Source of the DNA: an uncultured delta proteobacterium
GTDB lineage: Bacteria; Desulfobacterota; Binatia; DP-6
Direction: 5' to 3'
Assembly (NCBI GenBank): GCA_963815115.1
Contig: CAWFFN010000008.1
Coordinates: forward strand, 224,001 to 288,000
Length of the DNA: 64,000 bases
In this document: positions 49,617-58,806 of the stretch, piece after piece
How positions within the stretch are numbered: position 1 is the first letter of the stretch
Layout of the letters: each line of letters opens with the position of its first letter
Program-made: the position numbers and the translations under genes
The notes under the pieces: model-generated
The model's input: only the letters and a program-made list of their open reading frames with translations
Told to the model about the DNA's origin: nothing
Database searches by the model: none

Positions 49617-50948
49617 TCACGGCGCCGCGTCCGGTGGCGCCACGAGGACGTCGAACCGCATCTCGGGCCCGGCGGGGGACAGGTTGCGGATCACAACCCG
49701 CGATGGGCCGCCGGCGTACGGCGCCATGCCCGGCGTCTCGGTCCCGCAGACCGGTGCGCGACGCAGGGCTGCGCCCGCCGCGAGCAGCGCCGCGCCCCCG
49801 GCGGCCAGTGCCAGCACCGCAACCAGGGCGCGAGGCCGCCCGAGGCGCAGGATCGCCGCCGCCAGGACCAGCGCGCCCAGGATCGCGAGCGCGGCGCCGG
49901 CGCGGCGGCGCCATGCCGGCGGACCGCTCCACGGGTCGCCGGCATCGCCCCGGTTGCCCTCCGCCGCGTGGCCGCGGTCGAGGTCGCCACGGCCGTCCGC
50001 CTCGACGAGATGCAGCATCTTGTGCGCGGGGTTCTGCTGCGCGGTGCGGAAGCCATTCACGCGCTCGTCGACGTGCCAGACCAGCAGGCCCTCGCCTGGA
50101 AGCCGTGCGTCGGCGCCCTCGCGCCGCCGGTTCTCGAGCAGGTAGTACTCCTGCGGGTTGCCGGGCGCGGCGGGAATCTTCAGCACGCGGGGAGTTCGAT
50201 CGATCGCCGGCAGCGTGACGCCGAGCGTGCTGCGATCGATGGTCTCCACGTCCACCCAGCCGAGATGCATCTTGGACCACGCCTCGGGCTGCGGCGGCTG
50301 ATCGCCGTGGCCGAGCCAGGTGCCCTGGCCCATGAGGCCCCACACGCCGATGCCCTCGTGCTTCGCCGCCCCCGTCGCATACAGCTCGGGCAGGCCGAGG
50401 AGATGGCCGAACTCGTGGCACAGGACGCCGAAGGGGCTGAAGGGCGGGACCTCCTCCTCCGCGATCACGCAGGCGTCGTTGAACCTGTCCACGGGAGGAG
50501 CGAGCGCGGTGTAGTTCGACCACGGATCACCCGCATCGCCGCCCTCGACGTGGGATTCGCGACCCGGTCCGGCGAAGAACACGACCAGGGCGCCCGCCCG
50601 TTCGAGCAACCTCCGATCCTCCTCCGACGCCGCCGCGACGAAGGCGCGCGCCGCGTCGCCGGCGAGCAGGCTCGGCCGCTGCACGTAGCGGGCGCGCGCT
50701 TGGGGCAACGTCACCACCGTCTCCGCCAGGAGCGGGACGATGCGCAGCCGTCCCGACGACGCCTCGGCGTAGTAGTGCGTGAGACGGTCCATGAGCGACG
50801 TGAAATAGGCGGCGTCGTGCCCCAGCGGTCGATCGGGAAACGAGGCGCGCACCACCAGCACCGGCAGGTCGCCGGCGCTCGGCGGCGCCGCGCCGCACAC
50901 CCCGGAGCCCACGAGGAGGAGCAGCACCGCCAGCGCCGCCCGTCGGAT
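49617..50948 (-). CDS. M6 family (immune inhibitor A-like) metalloprotease, start uncertain
   Basis: YYAEAS.G, HEFGHLLGLPELY, WGLMGQG.W, WSKMHLGW, EYYLLENR and GLLVWHVDE. Confidence 0.88.
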   Translation of the reverse strand: MRRAALAVLLLLVGSGVCGAAPPSAGDLPVLVVRASFPDRPLGHDAAYFTSLMDRLTHYYAEASSGRLRIVPLLAETVVTLPQARARYVQRPSLLAGDAARAFVAAASEEDRRLLERAGALVVFFAGPGRESHVEGGDAGDPWSNYTALAPPVDRFNDACVIAEEEVPPFSPFGVLCHEFGHLLGLPELYATGAAKHEGIGVWGLMGQGTWLGHGDQPPQPEAWSKMHLGWVDVETIDRSTLGVTLPAIDRTPRVLKIPAAPGNPQEYYLLENRRREGADARLPGEGLLVWHVDERVNGFRTAQQNPAHKMLHLVEADGRGDLDRGHAAEGNRGDAGDPWSGPPAWRRRAGAALAILGALVLAAAILRLGRPRALVAVLALAAGGAALLAAGAALRRAPVCGTETPGMAPYAGGPSRVVIRNLSPAGPEMRFDVLVAPPDAAP

Positions 50949-50967
50949 CGCGTGGTGCCCGCGACAA

Positions 50968-50996
50968 TTGACAGCCGGATGGGGGTCTGTGACAAT
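50968..50996 (+). promoter_or_regulatory. Putative sigma70 promoter
   Basis: TTGACA-N17-GACAAT with TG upstream of the -10 box. Confidence 0.6.
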
Positions 50997-51036
50997 CCGC
51001 GACCGTTTGCCTACACCCGGACCAGGAGGACACACG

Positions 51037-51516
51037 ATGCGGATACTCGCCTGCTCAGTCACGGTCGGTGTGCTCGCCAGCCTCGCCCTCACGGGTTGCG
51101 GCGGTGGGGGGACGCCGACGGGCGAGACGCCCAAGCCCACGACGGTGACGACCGCTCCGGCAGCCGCCGTCCCGACTCTGCCTCCGGCCGCGGCCCCGAC
51201 TCCACCGACCCCGCCCTCGACCGCCGCCGGCGCGAAGGAGGGAGAGGACGACGATCTCGCCGCTCCGTTGCTGGCGTGGGCAGACTCCGACACCGACGAA
51301 GGCAAGGCGCCGCTCACGGTGCAGTTCAAGGCCGATGTCGAAGGAGGCACCGCACCTCTCTCCTACGTGTGGAAGTTCGGGGACGGTTCGCCCGACTCCA
51401 CCGAGGCAAACCCGAAGCACGTCTACCAGAAGGCGGGCAAGTATCGCGCCGACCTGGAGGTGAAGGACTCCGCGGGCGACTCGGACTCGGACTACCTGGA
51501 GATCGACGCCCAGTAG
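51037..51516 (+). CDS. PKD-domain lipoprotein
   Basis: AGGAGG RBS, lipobox LTGC, Pro/Thr linker, then APLTVQF...YVWKFGDG...NPKHVY...G.Y. Confidence 0.9.
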   Translation: MRILACSVTVGVLASLALTGCGGGGTPTGETPKPTTVTTAPAAAVPTLPPAAAPTPPTPPSTAAGAKEGEDDDLAAPLLAWADSDTDEGKAPLTVQFKADVEGGTAPLSYVWKFGDGSPDSTEANPKHVYQKAGKYRADLEVKDSAGDSDSDYLEIDAQ

Positions 51517-51533
51517 GATCGCGCACGACCGGC

Positions 51534-52457
51534 TCACGGGGTGAGCGTCCCCACCACGTCGGTGACGGCCCGGAGGCCGCGCCCCGCGCACCAGCGCGCC
51601 ATCTCCTCGGCGACGTGCAGCGGGGCGCGCGGATCGTAGAAGGTCGCCGTTCCCACCTGCACGGCGCGCGCGCCGCAGCAGAGGAACTCGAGCGCATCCT
51701 CGCCCGTCCGGATGCCGCCGATCCCCACGACGGGGATGCGCACGCCGCGCGCGAGGGCGTACACCATCGCCAGCGCCACGGGCTTGATCGCCGGCCCCGA
51801 GAGACCCCCGGTCACGCTGCGCAAGCGCGGGCGGCGGCTCTCGAGATCGACGGCCATCCCGCGCAGCGTGTTGATCGCGCACAGGGCGTCGGCGCCCTCA
51901 CCTTCCACCGCGCGCCCTACCGCCGTGACGTCGCTCACGTTCGGCGACAGCTTCACCCACAGCGGCAGCCGCGCACGGCGTCGCACCGCACGCACCACGG
52001 CGGCCAGCGCCGCAGGGTCCGAGGCGATGATCCCACCCCACTCGGGCCGATTCGGACTCGCCGCGTTCAGCTCGAGAGCGACGAGCCCGGGCGCTCCATC
52101 GAGCCGGGCGGCGCACTCGGCGAACTCCTCCGGGGCGTCGCCCCAGAAGTTCGCCACCACGCGCGCGCCGGCCCGGACGAGCGCGGGGAGCCGATCGCGC
52201 AGGAACGCCTCCACGCCGACGTTCTGCAGCCCGATGGCGTTCAGCATGCCGCCGGGACACTCGACGAGCCGCGGAGCGGGCTTACCCGGGTACGGCTCGA
52301 GCGACAGGCCCTTCACGCAGATCGCGCCGATCGCGGCGAGATCGACCAGCCCGGCGAACTCGAGGCCGTAGCCGAACGTGCCCGAGGCGGCGATCACGGG
52401 GTTCGGCAGAGTCACCGTCCCGACCGTCACCCGGGTATCGACCGCCAGCGGACTCAT
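51534..52457 (-). CDS. pyrD: Dihydroorotate dehydrogenase (family 1B-like catalytic subunit)
   Basis: NPVIAASGTFG, MLNAIGLQN, VKLSPN, INT and GGLSGPAIKP. Confidence 0.95.
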   Translation of the reverse strand: MSPLAVDTRVTVGTVTLPNPVIAASGTFGYGLEFAGLVDLAAIGAICVKGLSLEPYPGKPAPRLVECPGGMLNAIGLQNVGVEAFLRDRLPALVRAGARVVANFWGDAPEEFAECAARLDGAPGLVALELNAASPNRPEWGGIIASDPAALAAVVRAVRRRARLPLWVKLSPNVSDVTAVGRAVEGEGADALCAINTLRGMAVDLESRRPRLRSVTGGLSGPAIKPVALAMVYALARGVRIPVVGIGGIRTGEDALEFLCCGARAVQVGTATFYDPRAPLHVAEEMARWCAGRGLRAVTDVVGTLTP

Positions 52458-52918
52458 CGCCCGTCCAGCTTGAGCTCCATCACGATCGCGTCCTGACCGG
52501 GTCCGTAGTAGCCGCGCCGGACCCCGAGGTCGCGGAAGCCGAGCTGGCGGTAGAGACGTCGCGCCACGAGGTTGCCGGCCCGCACCTCCAGGAACATGGT
52601 GCGCGCGCGCGTCGTGCGGCCTTCCTCGATCACCGCTTCCACCAGCACGCGGCCGACGCCGCTGCCACGCCGCGACTGGTGCACCGCGACGTTGAGCAGG
52701 TGCACCTCGTCAGTGACCCGCCAGCGGCAGCTGTACCCGACCAGCAAGGCACGCGCGTGCTGCTCGTCGATGGCCACGGTGAGCTGGGCGAAGGGTGTGG
52801 ACAGCTCCTTCTCGAAGAAGGCGCGCGACCAGGGCTGCGCGAAGGCACGCCGCTCGATCTCGAGCACTGCCGGCAGGTCGTCGCGGCGCATGGGCCGCAG
52901 GACGAGCGCCGCGCTCAG
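52454..52918 (-). CDS. rimI: Ribosomal protein S18-alanine N-acetyltransferase
   Basis: DEVHLLNVAV, LEVRAGN..A..LY..LGF and RRGYY. Start is CTG 52918 or ATG 52891. Confidence 0.92.
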   Translation of the reverse strand: MSAALVLRPMRRDDLPAVLEIERRAFAQPWSRAFFEKELSTPFAQLTVAIDEQHARALLVGYSCRWRVTDEVHLLNVAVHQSRRGSGVGRVLVEAVIEEGRTTRARTMFLEVRAGNLVARRLYRQLGFRDLGVRRGYYGPGQDAIVMELKLDGR

Positions 52919-54318
52919 GTCGCGCCGCCCACCTTCGGGAGCACGACATCCAGCGTCTTGTCCCGGTAGCGGTGCCGGAAGCCCGTGACGGCCGCGGGCA
53001 AGGGCACCCGGGTCGTGAACTCCGAGGGAAACGCCGGCGCTGCGCCGGTGATGCGGCGCACGCTCGGATCGATCACGCGCGCATGCACCACGAAGCTCCC
53101 GTTCTCGAGCGCGAGGTCGTAGTCGTAGTCCGGCATCTGGGAGGGCAGCCCCAGCTCGAGCCCGAGGGACGAGGGCGGCACCAGGCGGGGGAACTCGAGC
53201 CGGAAGAGATAGGCGTCGTCGCGGTCCTCCAGCTTGAAGACCTCGCCGTAGCGGCGCGCGCGCTCGATCTTCTCGTCGAAGTGGACCTGGCCGGCGTGAA
53301 AGCCGTCGAAGCTCACCCCGCTGCTGGCCCCGCGCCGGCCGACGAGCGCCGTCACCAGCCCGGCGAACGGCAGGAGCAGCGGTCCGTACACGGCGCCGCG
53401 CAGCGGCGTGTCGGCGATGCTCTCCCCCCGGAACACGCTCTCGCGCAGCCGCCACGCCGCCTCGAGGAAGGCCAGCACGACACCCAGCGTGATCCAGCCT
53501 TGCACGTCCGAGCTGAACAGCACCGCTCGTCCCGCCAGCACCGCGAGCGCGACGCACAGCACCGGGTAGAGAACGAGATTCAGGAAGACGTTCCCTGCCG
53601 TGGCGAGCTGGGCACTGAAGAAGCGCCGGTCGCCCACCGCTTCCTCGAGGCGCCGCTTGGTGCCGGCCGGCAAGGCGCCGAGAACGCCCTGGCCGACGGC
53701 CAGCAGACAGAGCGGTAGGAGCGCCAGCCACGAGCCGGGGCGGCGACGCGGGGCGCCGAGGGTGGTCACGATCTGGTCGAAGTCGCCGGGCAGCTCGCGG
53801 GTGAACGTCTTCGGCGGCCGAGGCGGAGGGGGGGCAATCGCCTTCTCCACCTTGCCCCGGCCCACCGCCGGCGCGGCCCGAACGGGCGCCGGCGCGGCCG
53901 GTGCGGCGGCCGCCGCCGGGACCGGGCCCGGCGCCGCCGCCGGGGCGCTCGCGGGTGCTCCGGCCGGAGCGGCCTCGGCGCCGTCCTTCTTGAAACGTGA
54001 CGGGGCGTCGTCGGGAATCGGCTCCTCCGGATGCAGCTCCCGCGCCCGCGCCAGCAGCACGTCGTGCGTCTCCGGGATCTCCGGGTTGGGCACGCAGCAG
54101 TCGACCGGACACACCGCCGCGCACGCCTCGTGGTCGTGGAACCCGACGCATTCCGTGCACTTCTCGGGGACGATGAAGAAGATCTCGTTCGACAGCGCCG
54201 GATGCATCGCCCCGTCGGGCGCCTGCCACTCCACCGCGCCCTGGTAGATCGCCGTATTCGGGCACTCGGGCTCGCAGGCCCCGCAGTTGATGCACTCGGA
54301 GGTGATCATGGTCGCCAT
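52915..54318 (-). CDS. YfhL-type 2[4Fe-4S] ferredoxin fused to a Pro/Ala linker, TM segments and an HSP20-like C-terminal domain
   Basis: CINCGACEPECP and CTECVGF...CAAVCPVDC, hydrophobic helices, and C-terminus YRDKTLDVVLPK. Confidence 0.8.
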   Translation of the reverse strand: MATMITSECINCGACEPECPNTAIYQGAVEWQAPDGAMHPALSNEIFFIVPEKCTECVGFHDHEACAAVCPVDCCVPNPEIPETHDVLLARARELHPEEPIPDDAPSRFKKDGAEAAPAGAPASAPAAAPGPVPAAAAAPAAPAPVRAAPAVGRGKVEKAIAPPPPRPPKTFTRELPGDFDQIVTTLGAPRRRPGSWLALLPLCLLAVGQGVLGALPAGTKRRLEEAVGDRRFFSAQLATAGNVFLNLVLYPVLCVALAVLAGRAVLFSSDVQGWITLGVVLAFLEAAWRLRESVFRGESIADTPLRGAVYGPLLLPFAGLVTALVGRRGASSGVSFDGFHAGQVHFDEKIERARRYGEVFKLEDRDDAYLFRLEFPRLVPPSSLGLELGLPSQMPDYDYDLALENGSFVVHARVIDPSVRRITGAAPAFPSEFTTRVPLPAAVTGFRHRYRDKTLDVVLPKVGGAT

Positions 54319-54419
54319 CGATGGGAACCCCCTGGATAACCCCGCGAAAAGGGGTAGCCAACTTCATCCGAACCGTCAAACGGAACGGTGTCGAAGCGCT
54401 TCTTGCAACCGACCCGGGG

Positions 54420-56918
54420 CTACCGATCGCCTGCCGGGGGCGCCTCCTGGAGCATGTTGTTCGAGTCCGGCCGCAGGATGCGTGCCGCGCTCTTGCCCCG
54501 AGTCCGCCTGTTCTCCATGGCGCGGCGCAGCTCGGCGAGGCCTTCGATCCGCGAGCTGAAGTCGTCGGTGACGTCGCGCGCCTCCTCGCGGTTGTGGATC
54601 ACGTAGGGCGTGATCGTGATCAGCAGCTCGGTGCGCGTGGTCGCGTCGTCGTCCGTGCGGAAGAAACGTCCCAGCACCGGGACGTCCATCAGGTACGGAA
54701 CGCCGGTACGGTTCCCCGAGATCTCGTCGTCGATGATGCCCCCGATGAGGACCGTGGCACCGTCCTGCACGACCATCGTCGTCTCGGCCTCGCGGGTAGT
54801 GAACGACGGCGAGTTCGTCGTACCGAAGCTCTGCTGGAGCACGTTGCTCACCTCCTGCCGCACCTGGAGGTTCACCAGGCCCTTCGAGTTCACCTGCGGC
54901 AGGACGGTGAGGATCTTCCCGGTGTCGCGGTACTGGATGGAGTTCGCGACCGTCCCCGCGGTGCCCGTCAGCACCGCGGTGGAGGTCGAGGTGAGGATCG
55001 GGACGGACTCGCCGACCAGGATGTGGGCCTCGCGGTTGTCGGCGGCGATGATGTGCGGTGCCGACAGCATCTTGACGCGGGTGACCTTGTTCAGCGCGTT
55101 GATGAAGATGTTGAAGTTCTGCTGGTCCGAGATGACCGCGAAGGCGCCCTGCGACGGCACGCGCGCCGCGGTTCCGACCAGGCCGCCGAGGAAGTTCGTT
55201 CCGGTGCCGCCCTGGCGGTTGTTGAAGATCGACGCGCCCTGATCGCCTCCGGGGACGGCGGCCTTGAGTGGGCCCTCCGAGAAGGCATAGGCGATGCCGA
55301 ACTGGAGGTCCTTGTTGAGCGTCACCTCGGCGATCATCACCTCGAGCACCACCTGGCGCGGGACCACGTCGATCTTCCGCACCACGTCGAGGATGAGCTG
55401 GTAGTCGCGCTTGGTCGCGAGCACGACCAGCGAGTTGGTGACGTCGTCGGCGACGATCCGCACCTCCTGGCGAAACACCGGCAGCGGTCCCTGGATGGTC
55501 CCCGCCGGGCCGGGTGCAGGCGCCGGGCCACCCGGCAGCGACACGCCGGCGACTCCTCCGGGTTGTCCCGGGGCGTTCGCCTGTCCGGCGCGGCCGCCTC
55601 GCGCACCCGCGCCGGTGCCTCCGCGAGCGCCGAGTCCGGTACCGGTCCCGGTGCCGCCGCCGACACCACCGCCGAGCTGCGAGCCGCCGCCGCCGAGGCC
55701 GCCGCCCCCGCCTCCGAATCCGCCTGCGCCTCCGCCTCCACCTCCCTGGAACTGACCCGTCGTCCCTCCACCGCCGAAGCCGCCGCCGCCCAGGCCGCCA
55801 GCGCGACCTGCGCCGCCGCCGAAGCCGCCCGCGCCGCCACGTCCCGCGCCGCCGACACCGCCGCGCTGGCCAGCACCGCCCGCCGCGCCGCCGGCCCCGA
55901 ACAGGCCCACGCCGCCCGGCGCAGCGCCGGGGTTGCGGCCGAGCCCGCCTGCTCCGCCTCCCTCGCCGCCGCCGAAGAGCTCGTTCAGCACGGCGGCGAG
56001 ATCGGCCGCCTTGGCGTTCTCGACGCTGTAGACGAAGGTCTGGCGCCCGGCGCCCTTGTCGGGCGGGATGTCGAGCATCGCGAGCCAGCGGTCGATCTCG
56101 CCGAAGGCCGCCTGGTCGACGGCGAACACCACGATCGCGTTCAGGCGCTGGAGCGGCACCATGAAGACGCCGCCCTCGCCCTCGCCGGTCGCGGTGACGC
56201 CGTAGGGTGCGAGCAGGGTGAGCAGCTCGTTGGCGAGCTCCTCGGGATCGCCTTCCTTCATCTTGTAGACGCGCGCATGCAGGTTCTTGAAGCCGTCGAT
56301 GTCGAAGGTGGCTGCCAGCTGGCGCAGCCGCTGCACGTTGGAGTCGAGGTCGGTCACCACCACGGCGTTGGCGCGCGGGTAGGAGAAGACGTCGCCGCCG
56401 GGGGTCACGAACGGCTGGAGGATGTTCGCCATCTCCTCCGCCAGCACGTGGCGGATCTGGAAGATCTCGATGACGAAGCTGTCCTCGGCGCGAGCCGTGC
56501 TCTGCGCCGCGGAGGTGCGCGGGATGATGGCCCGGGTCTTGGCCTCGGCAACGGGCAGTATCTGCCAGACGTCGCCGCTGCGCACGGCGGCGATCCCGTT
56601 CTGGCGGAGGATCTGGTTGAAGAGCGGGAAGAGCTCGCGGCGGGAGATCTTGCCCGTGGTGCGGATGGTCACCTGCCCTTCGATGCGCGGATCGAGCGTG
56701 TAGCTGAGGCCGAGCGCGGTCGCGAGGCTGTGGATCACCTCGCGGATGTCCGCCCGCTCGAAGTTGAGCACCATCGCCTCCTCGTCGCCGAGGGGTCGTT
56801 CGGGCTCGGGAGCAGCCTCCGTCGACATGTCGGGCGGTGGCGCGGGCTGTGCCCAGGCGACGGCACCGACGAGCCCGATGGCGACGCTCACGATCACCAG
56901 CATCCGTGGCCCCTTCAC
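54420..56918 (-). CDS. gspD: Type II secretion system secretin
   Basis: LNFERADI, N domains, QVVLEVMIAEV, IQYRDTG and IGGII...VPYLMDVPVLG. GGAGGAGG RBS. Confidence 0.95.
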   Translation of the reverse strand: MKGPRMLVIVSVAIGLVGAVAWAQPAPPPDMSTEAAPEPERPLGDEEAMVLNFERADIREVIHSLATALGLSYTLDPRIEGQVTIRTTGKISRRELFPLFNQILRQNGIAAVRSGDVWQILPVAEAKTRAIIPRTSAAQSTARAEDSFVIEIFQIRHVLAEEMANILQPFVTPGGDVFSYPRANAVVVTDLDSNVQRLRQLAATFDIDGFKNLHARVYKMKEGDPEELANELLTLLAPYGVTATGEGEGGVFMVPLQRLNAIVVFAVDQAAFGEIDRWLAMLDIPPDKGAGRQTFVYSVENAKAADLAAVLNELFGGGEGGGAGGLGRNPGAAPGGVGLFGAGGAAGGAGQRGGVGGAGRGGAGGFGGGAGRAGGLGGGGFGGGGTTGQFQGGGGGGAGGFGGGGGGLGGGGSQLGGGVGGGTGTGTGLGARGGTGAGARGGRAGQANAPGQPGGVAGVSLPGGPAPAPGPAGTIQGPLPVFRQEVRIVADDVTNSLVVLATKRDYQLILDVVRKIDVVPRQVVLEVMIAEVTLNKDLQFGIAYAFSEGPLKAAVPGGDQGASIFNNRQGGTGTNFLGGLVGTAARVPSQGAFAVISDQQNFNIFINALNKVTRVKMLSAPHIIAADNREAHILVGESVPILTSTSTAVLTGTAGTVANSIQYRDTGKILTVLPQVNSKGLVNLQVRQEVSNVLQQSFGTTNSPSFTTREAETTMVVQDGATVLIGGIIDDEISGNRTGVPYLMDVPVLGRFFRTDDDATTRTELLITITPYVIHNREEARDVTDDFSSRIEGLAELRRAMENRRTRGKSAARILRPDSNNMLQEAPPAGDR

Positions 56919-56995
56919 TGCAACCTCCTCCCGACGGTGAGCGTGTCTCCGGCCGGTCCGTGCGGTCCGACCACCTGCGTCTCCGACGGCGTGTA

Positions 56996-57883
56996 TCAGT
57001 TACCTTTGAGCTGTTCGAGTTTCTGCCGCACGGCGGCGGGAATGTTCGGGATCGGCGGCGCCGTGACAGGCGGCACCCCCGCTCCCATCTGTGGTTGACC
57101 GAAGTTCTGACCCGCGGCGGGCGACGGCGGTATCCCGGGCACGGCCCCCGGCAGGCCGGGCGCGGGGGGCATTACCGGCGCCCCCGGTCGGCCCGGCACT
57201 CCCCCGCGCGGGATTCGCGGCTGGCCGCCCGGCACGGGAGGCGCCTGAGGCTGGATGCCGGCTGCCGGCGACCCGGCGTTGGCCGTCGCGGGCTGGCCCG
57301 GGCGCGGCGGGCCCCCGGGCCTGGGCGCTGCGGCTCCCGACTTCTCCACCGCCAGCGAGAGGGTGATCGTGTCGCCCGTGGCCGAGGCCAGGGTCACCCG
57401 GCTCGGCAGGATCGTCTTCAGGGTATAGCCGCCCACCTGGTCCCCCACCCGCACGCGGCGCTGCTGGTTTGCCTGGCTGGCGTCCGTGATGAACGCCTCG
57501 CTGTCGCGGTTGCCGAGCATGCGGATGCCGACCACCGTGAGACCCGGCGGAGGGGCGGCCTCCTTGGGCGGCGGGGGCTTCACCTCCTCGCTCGCCCTCT
57601 GCCGGCTCGGGTCGAAGAGATCGCGGTCGACGATGGTCGCGACCAGCGTGGCAGGCTGGACCACGGCCTTCTCGTTCGTTCCCCGCTTGCCACGATCGTG
57701 CCGCCCGGCCTTGGTGTCGCCACCCTTGCCGTTCTCCGCGCCGTCTCCCTTCGGCGCCGGGTCGGCACCGCGCGCCCCGGTCTCGACGGGCGGCAGCGAG
57801 CGGCCCCACGTGCGCGCGATCTCGAGGGTCAGCAGGAGGGCGATCAGGAGCAGGAACCCGTTCAGGATGGCCCAGCGTCCCAT
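56996..57883 (-). CDS. GspC-like T2SS protein (TM, HR-like domain, Pro-rich tail)
   Basis: N-terminal TM, RDLFDP.R, L.VVGI...AFI...VRVGD.V.G..L..I....V.L, and position between gspM and gspD. Confidence 0.65.
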   Translation of the reverse strand: MGRWAILNGFLLLIALLLTLEIARTWGRSLPPVETGARGADPAPKGDGAENGKGGDTKAGRHDRGKRGTNEKAVVQPATLVATIVDRDLFDPSRQRASEEVKPPPPKEAAPPPGLTVVGIRMLGNRDSEAFITDASQANQQRRVRVGDQVGGYTLKTILPSRVTLASATGDTITLSLAVEKSGAAAPRPGGPPRPGQPATANAGSPAAGIQPQAPPVPGGQPRIPRGGVPGRPGAPVMPPAPGLPGAVPGIPPSPAAGQNFGQPQMGAGVPPVTAPPIPNIPAAVRQKLEQLKGN

Positions 57884-58806
57884 CAACGCCTCCCGGGGAC
57901 GCGCGCCGGCCGCCGATTCAGCAGCGGCGCCACCAGCGGGGAGACGGTGGTGGTCGGGTGCGTCGCGCTCGGTGTCGTCGTCGTGGACGCCGCACGGGTC
58001 GTCGGGACACCGCCCGCCGCGGTGGTGCTGGTGGTGGCACCGGGCGCGGCGGCGGTGGTCCTCGTCGTGACGCCCGGCGCGCCCGCGATGGTCGTGGTGG
58101 GGGCGCCGCTCTTCGCGGCGGCGGCCTCGTCCCCGTTGGCCTCGCTCCCCGCCTCGGTCTCCGCGGGTGCGGCTTCCTCGGCCTTGGCCTGCTCGCCGAG
58201 CACGAAGCCCGTCACCTCGAGGGTTGCCGACAGCGTCCGCGGGCCCTTGGCACCCGGCACGGCCCCGCGCCGGTTCACCTCGACGAACGGGATGGCGAGC
58301 TGCTGCCCGTACTCGAGACCGGAGACGAGCTCGGCGAACGGCTTGAGCTCTCCGGAGAGGGTGAGACGAACCGCCACCTTGCGATACGGATCCACCGCCT
58401 CCTCCTTCATCACCTGCGTGCTCTGCACCGTGATGCCCTTCTCGGCGGCGAGCGAGTTGGCGCGCTCCTGCAACGCGGCCGCCCCGAGTGTCCCACCCCG
58501 GCCGGGAAGCAGGCGTCCCCGCGCCTGCACGAGGCGTTTCTTGAGGCTCTCGCGCTCCGCGCGCAGGGAGTCGGCCGCGCCGAGCGAGCGCGAGGCGCGC
58601 GCGAGCTGCTCCTGTCCGTCGGCGATCTCCTCCGCGACGCGCTGGCGATACTCGCGCAGCGGGACCCACCCGAACAGGTAGAGCAGGCATGCGCCGGCGA
58701 ACACGAGCACGCCCAGGATGATGCTCTGGTCGCGCCGCGAGTGGCCGGCGTACCAGCGCCGGAACCCGCCGAACAGTGCCTGCAGCCGGGCGCGCAGCGC
58801 GCTCAC
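57883..58806 (-). CDS. gspM: Type II secretion system protein M
   Basis: SRRDQ plus a single TM, coiled coil and ferredoxin-like domain; operon position. Confidence 0.8.
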   Translation of the reverse strand: MSALRARLQALFGGFRRWYAGHSRRDQSIILGVLVFAGACLLYLFGWVPLREYRQRVAEEIADGQEQLARASRSLGAADSLRAERESLKKRLVQARGRLLPGRGGTLGAAALQERANSLAAEKGITVQSTQVMKEEAVDPYRKVAVRLTLSGELKPFAELVSGLEYGQQLAIPFVEVNRRGAVPGAKGPRTLSATLEVTGFVLGEQAKAEEAAPAETEAGSEANGDEAAAAKSGAPTTTIAGAPGVTTRTTAAAPGATTSTTAAGGVPTTRAASTTTTPSATHPTTTVSPLVAPLLNRRPARVPGRR

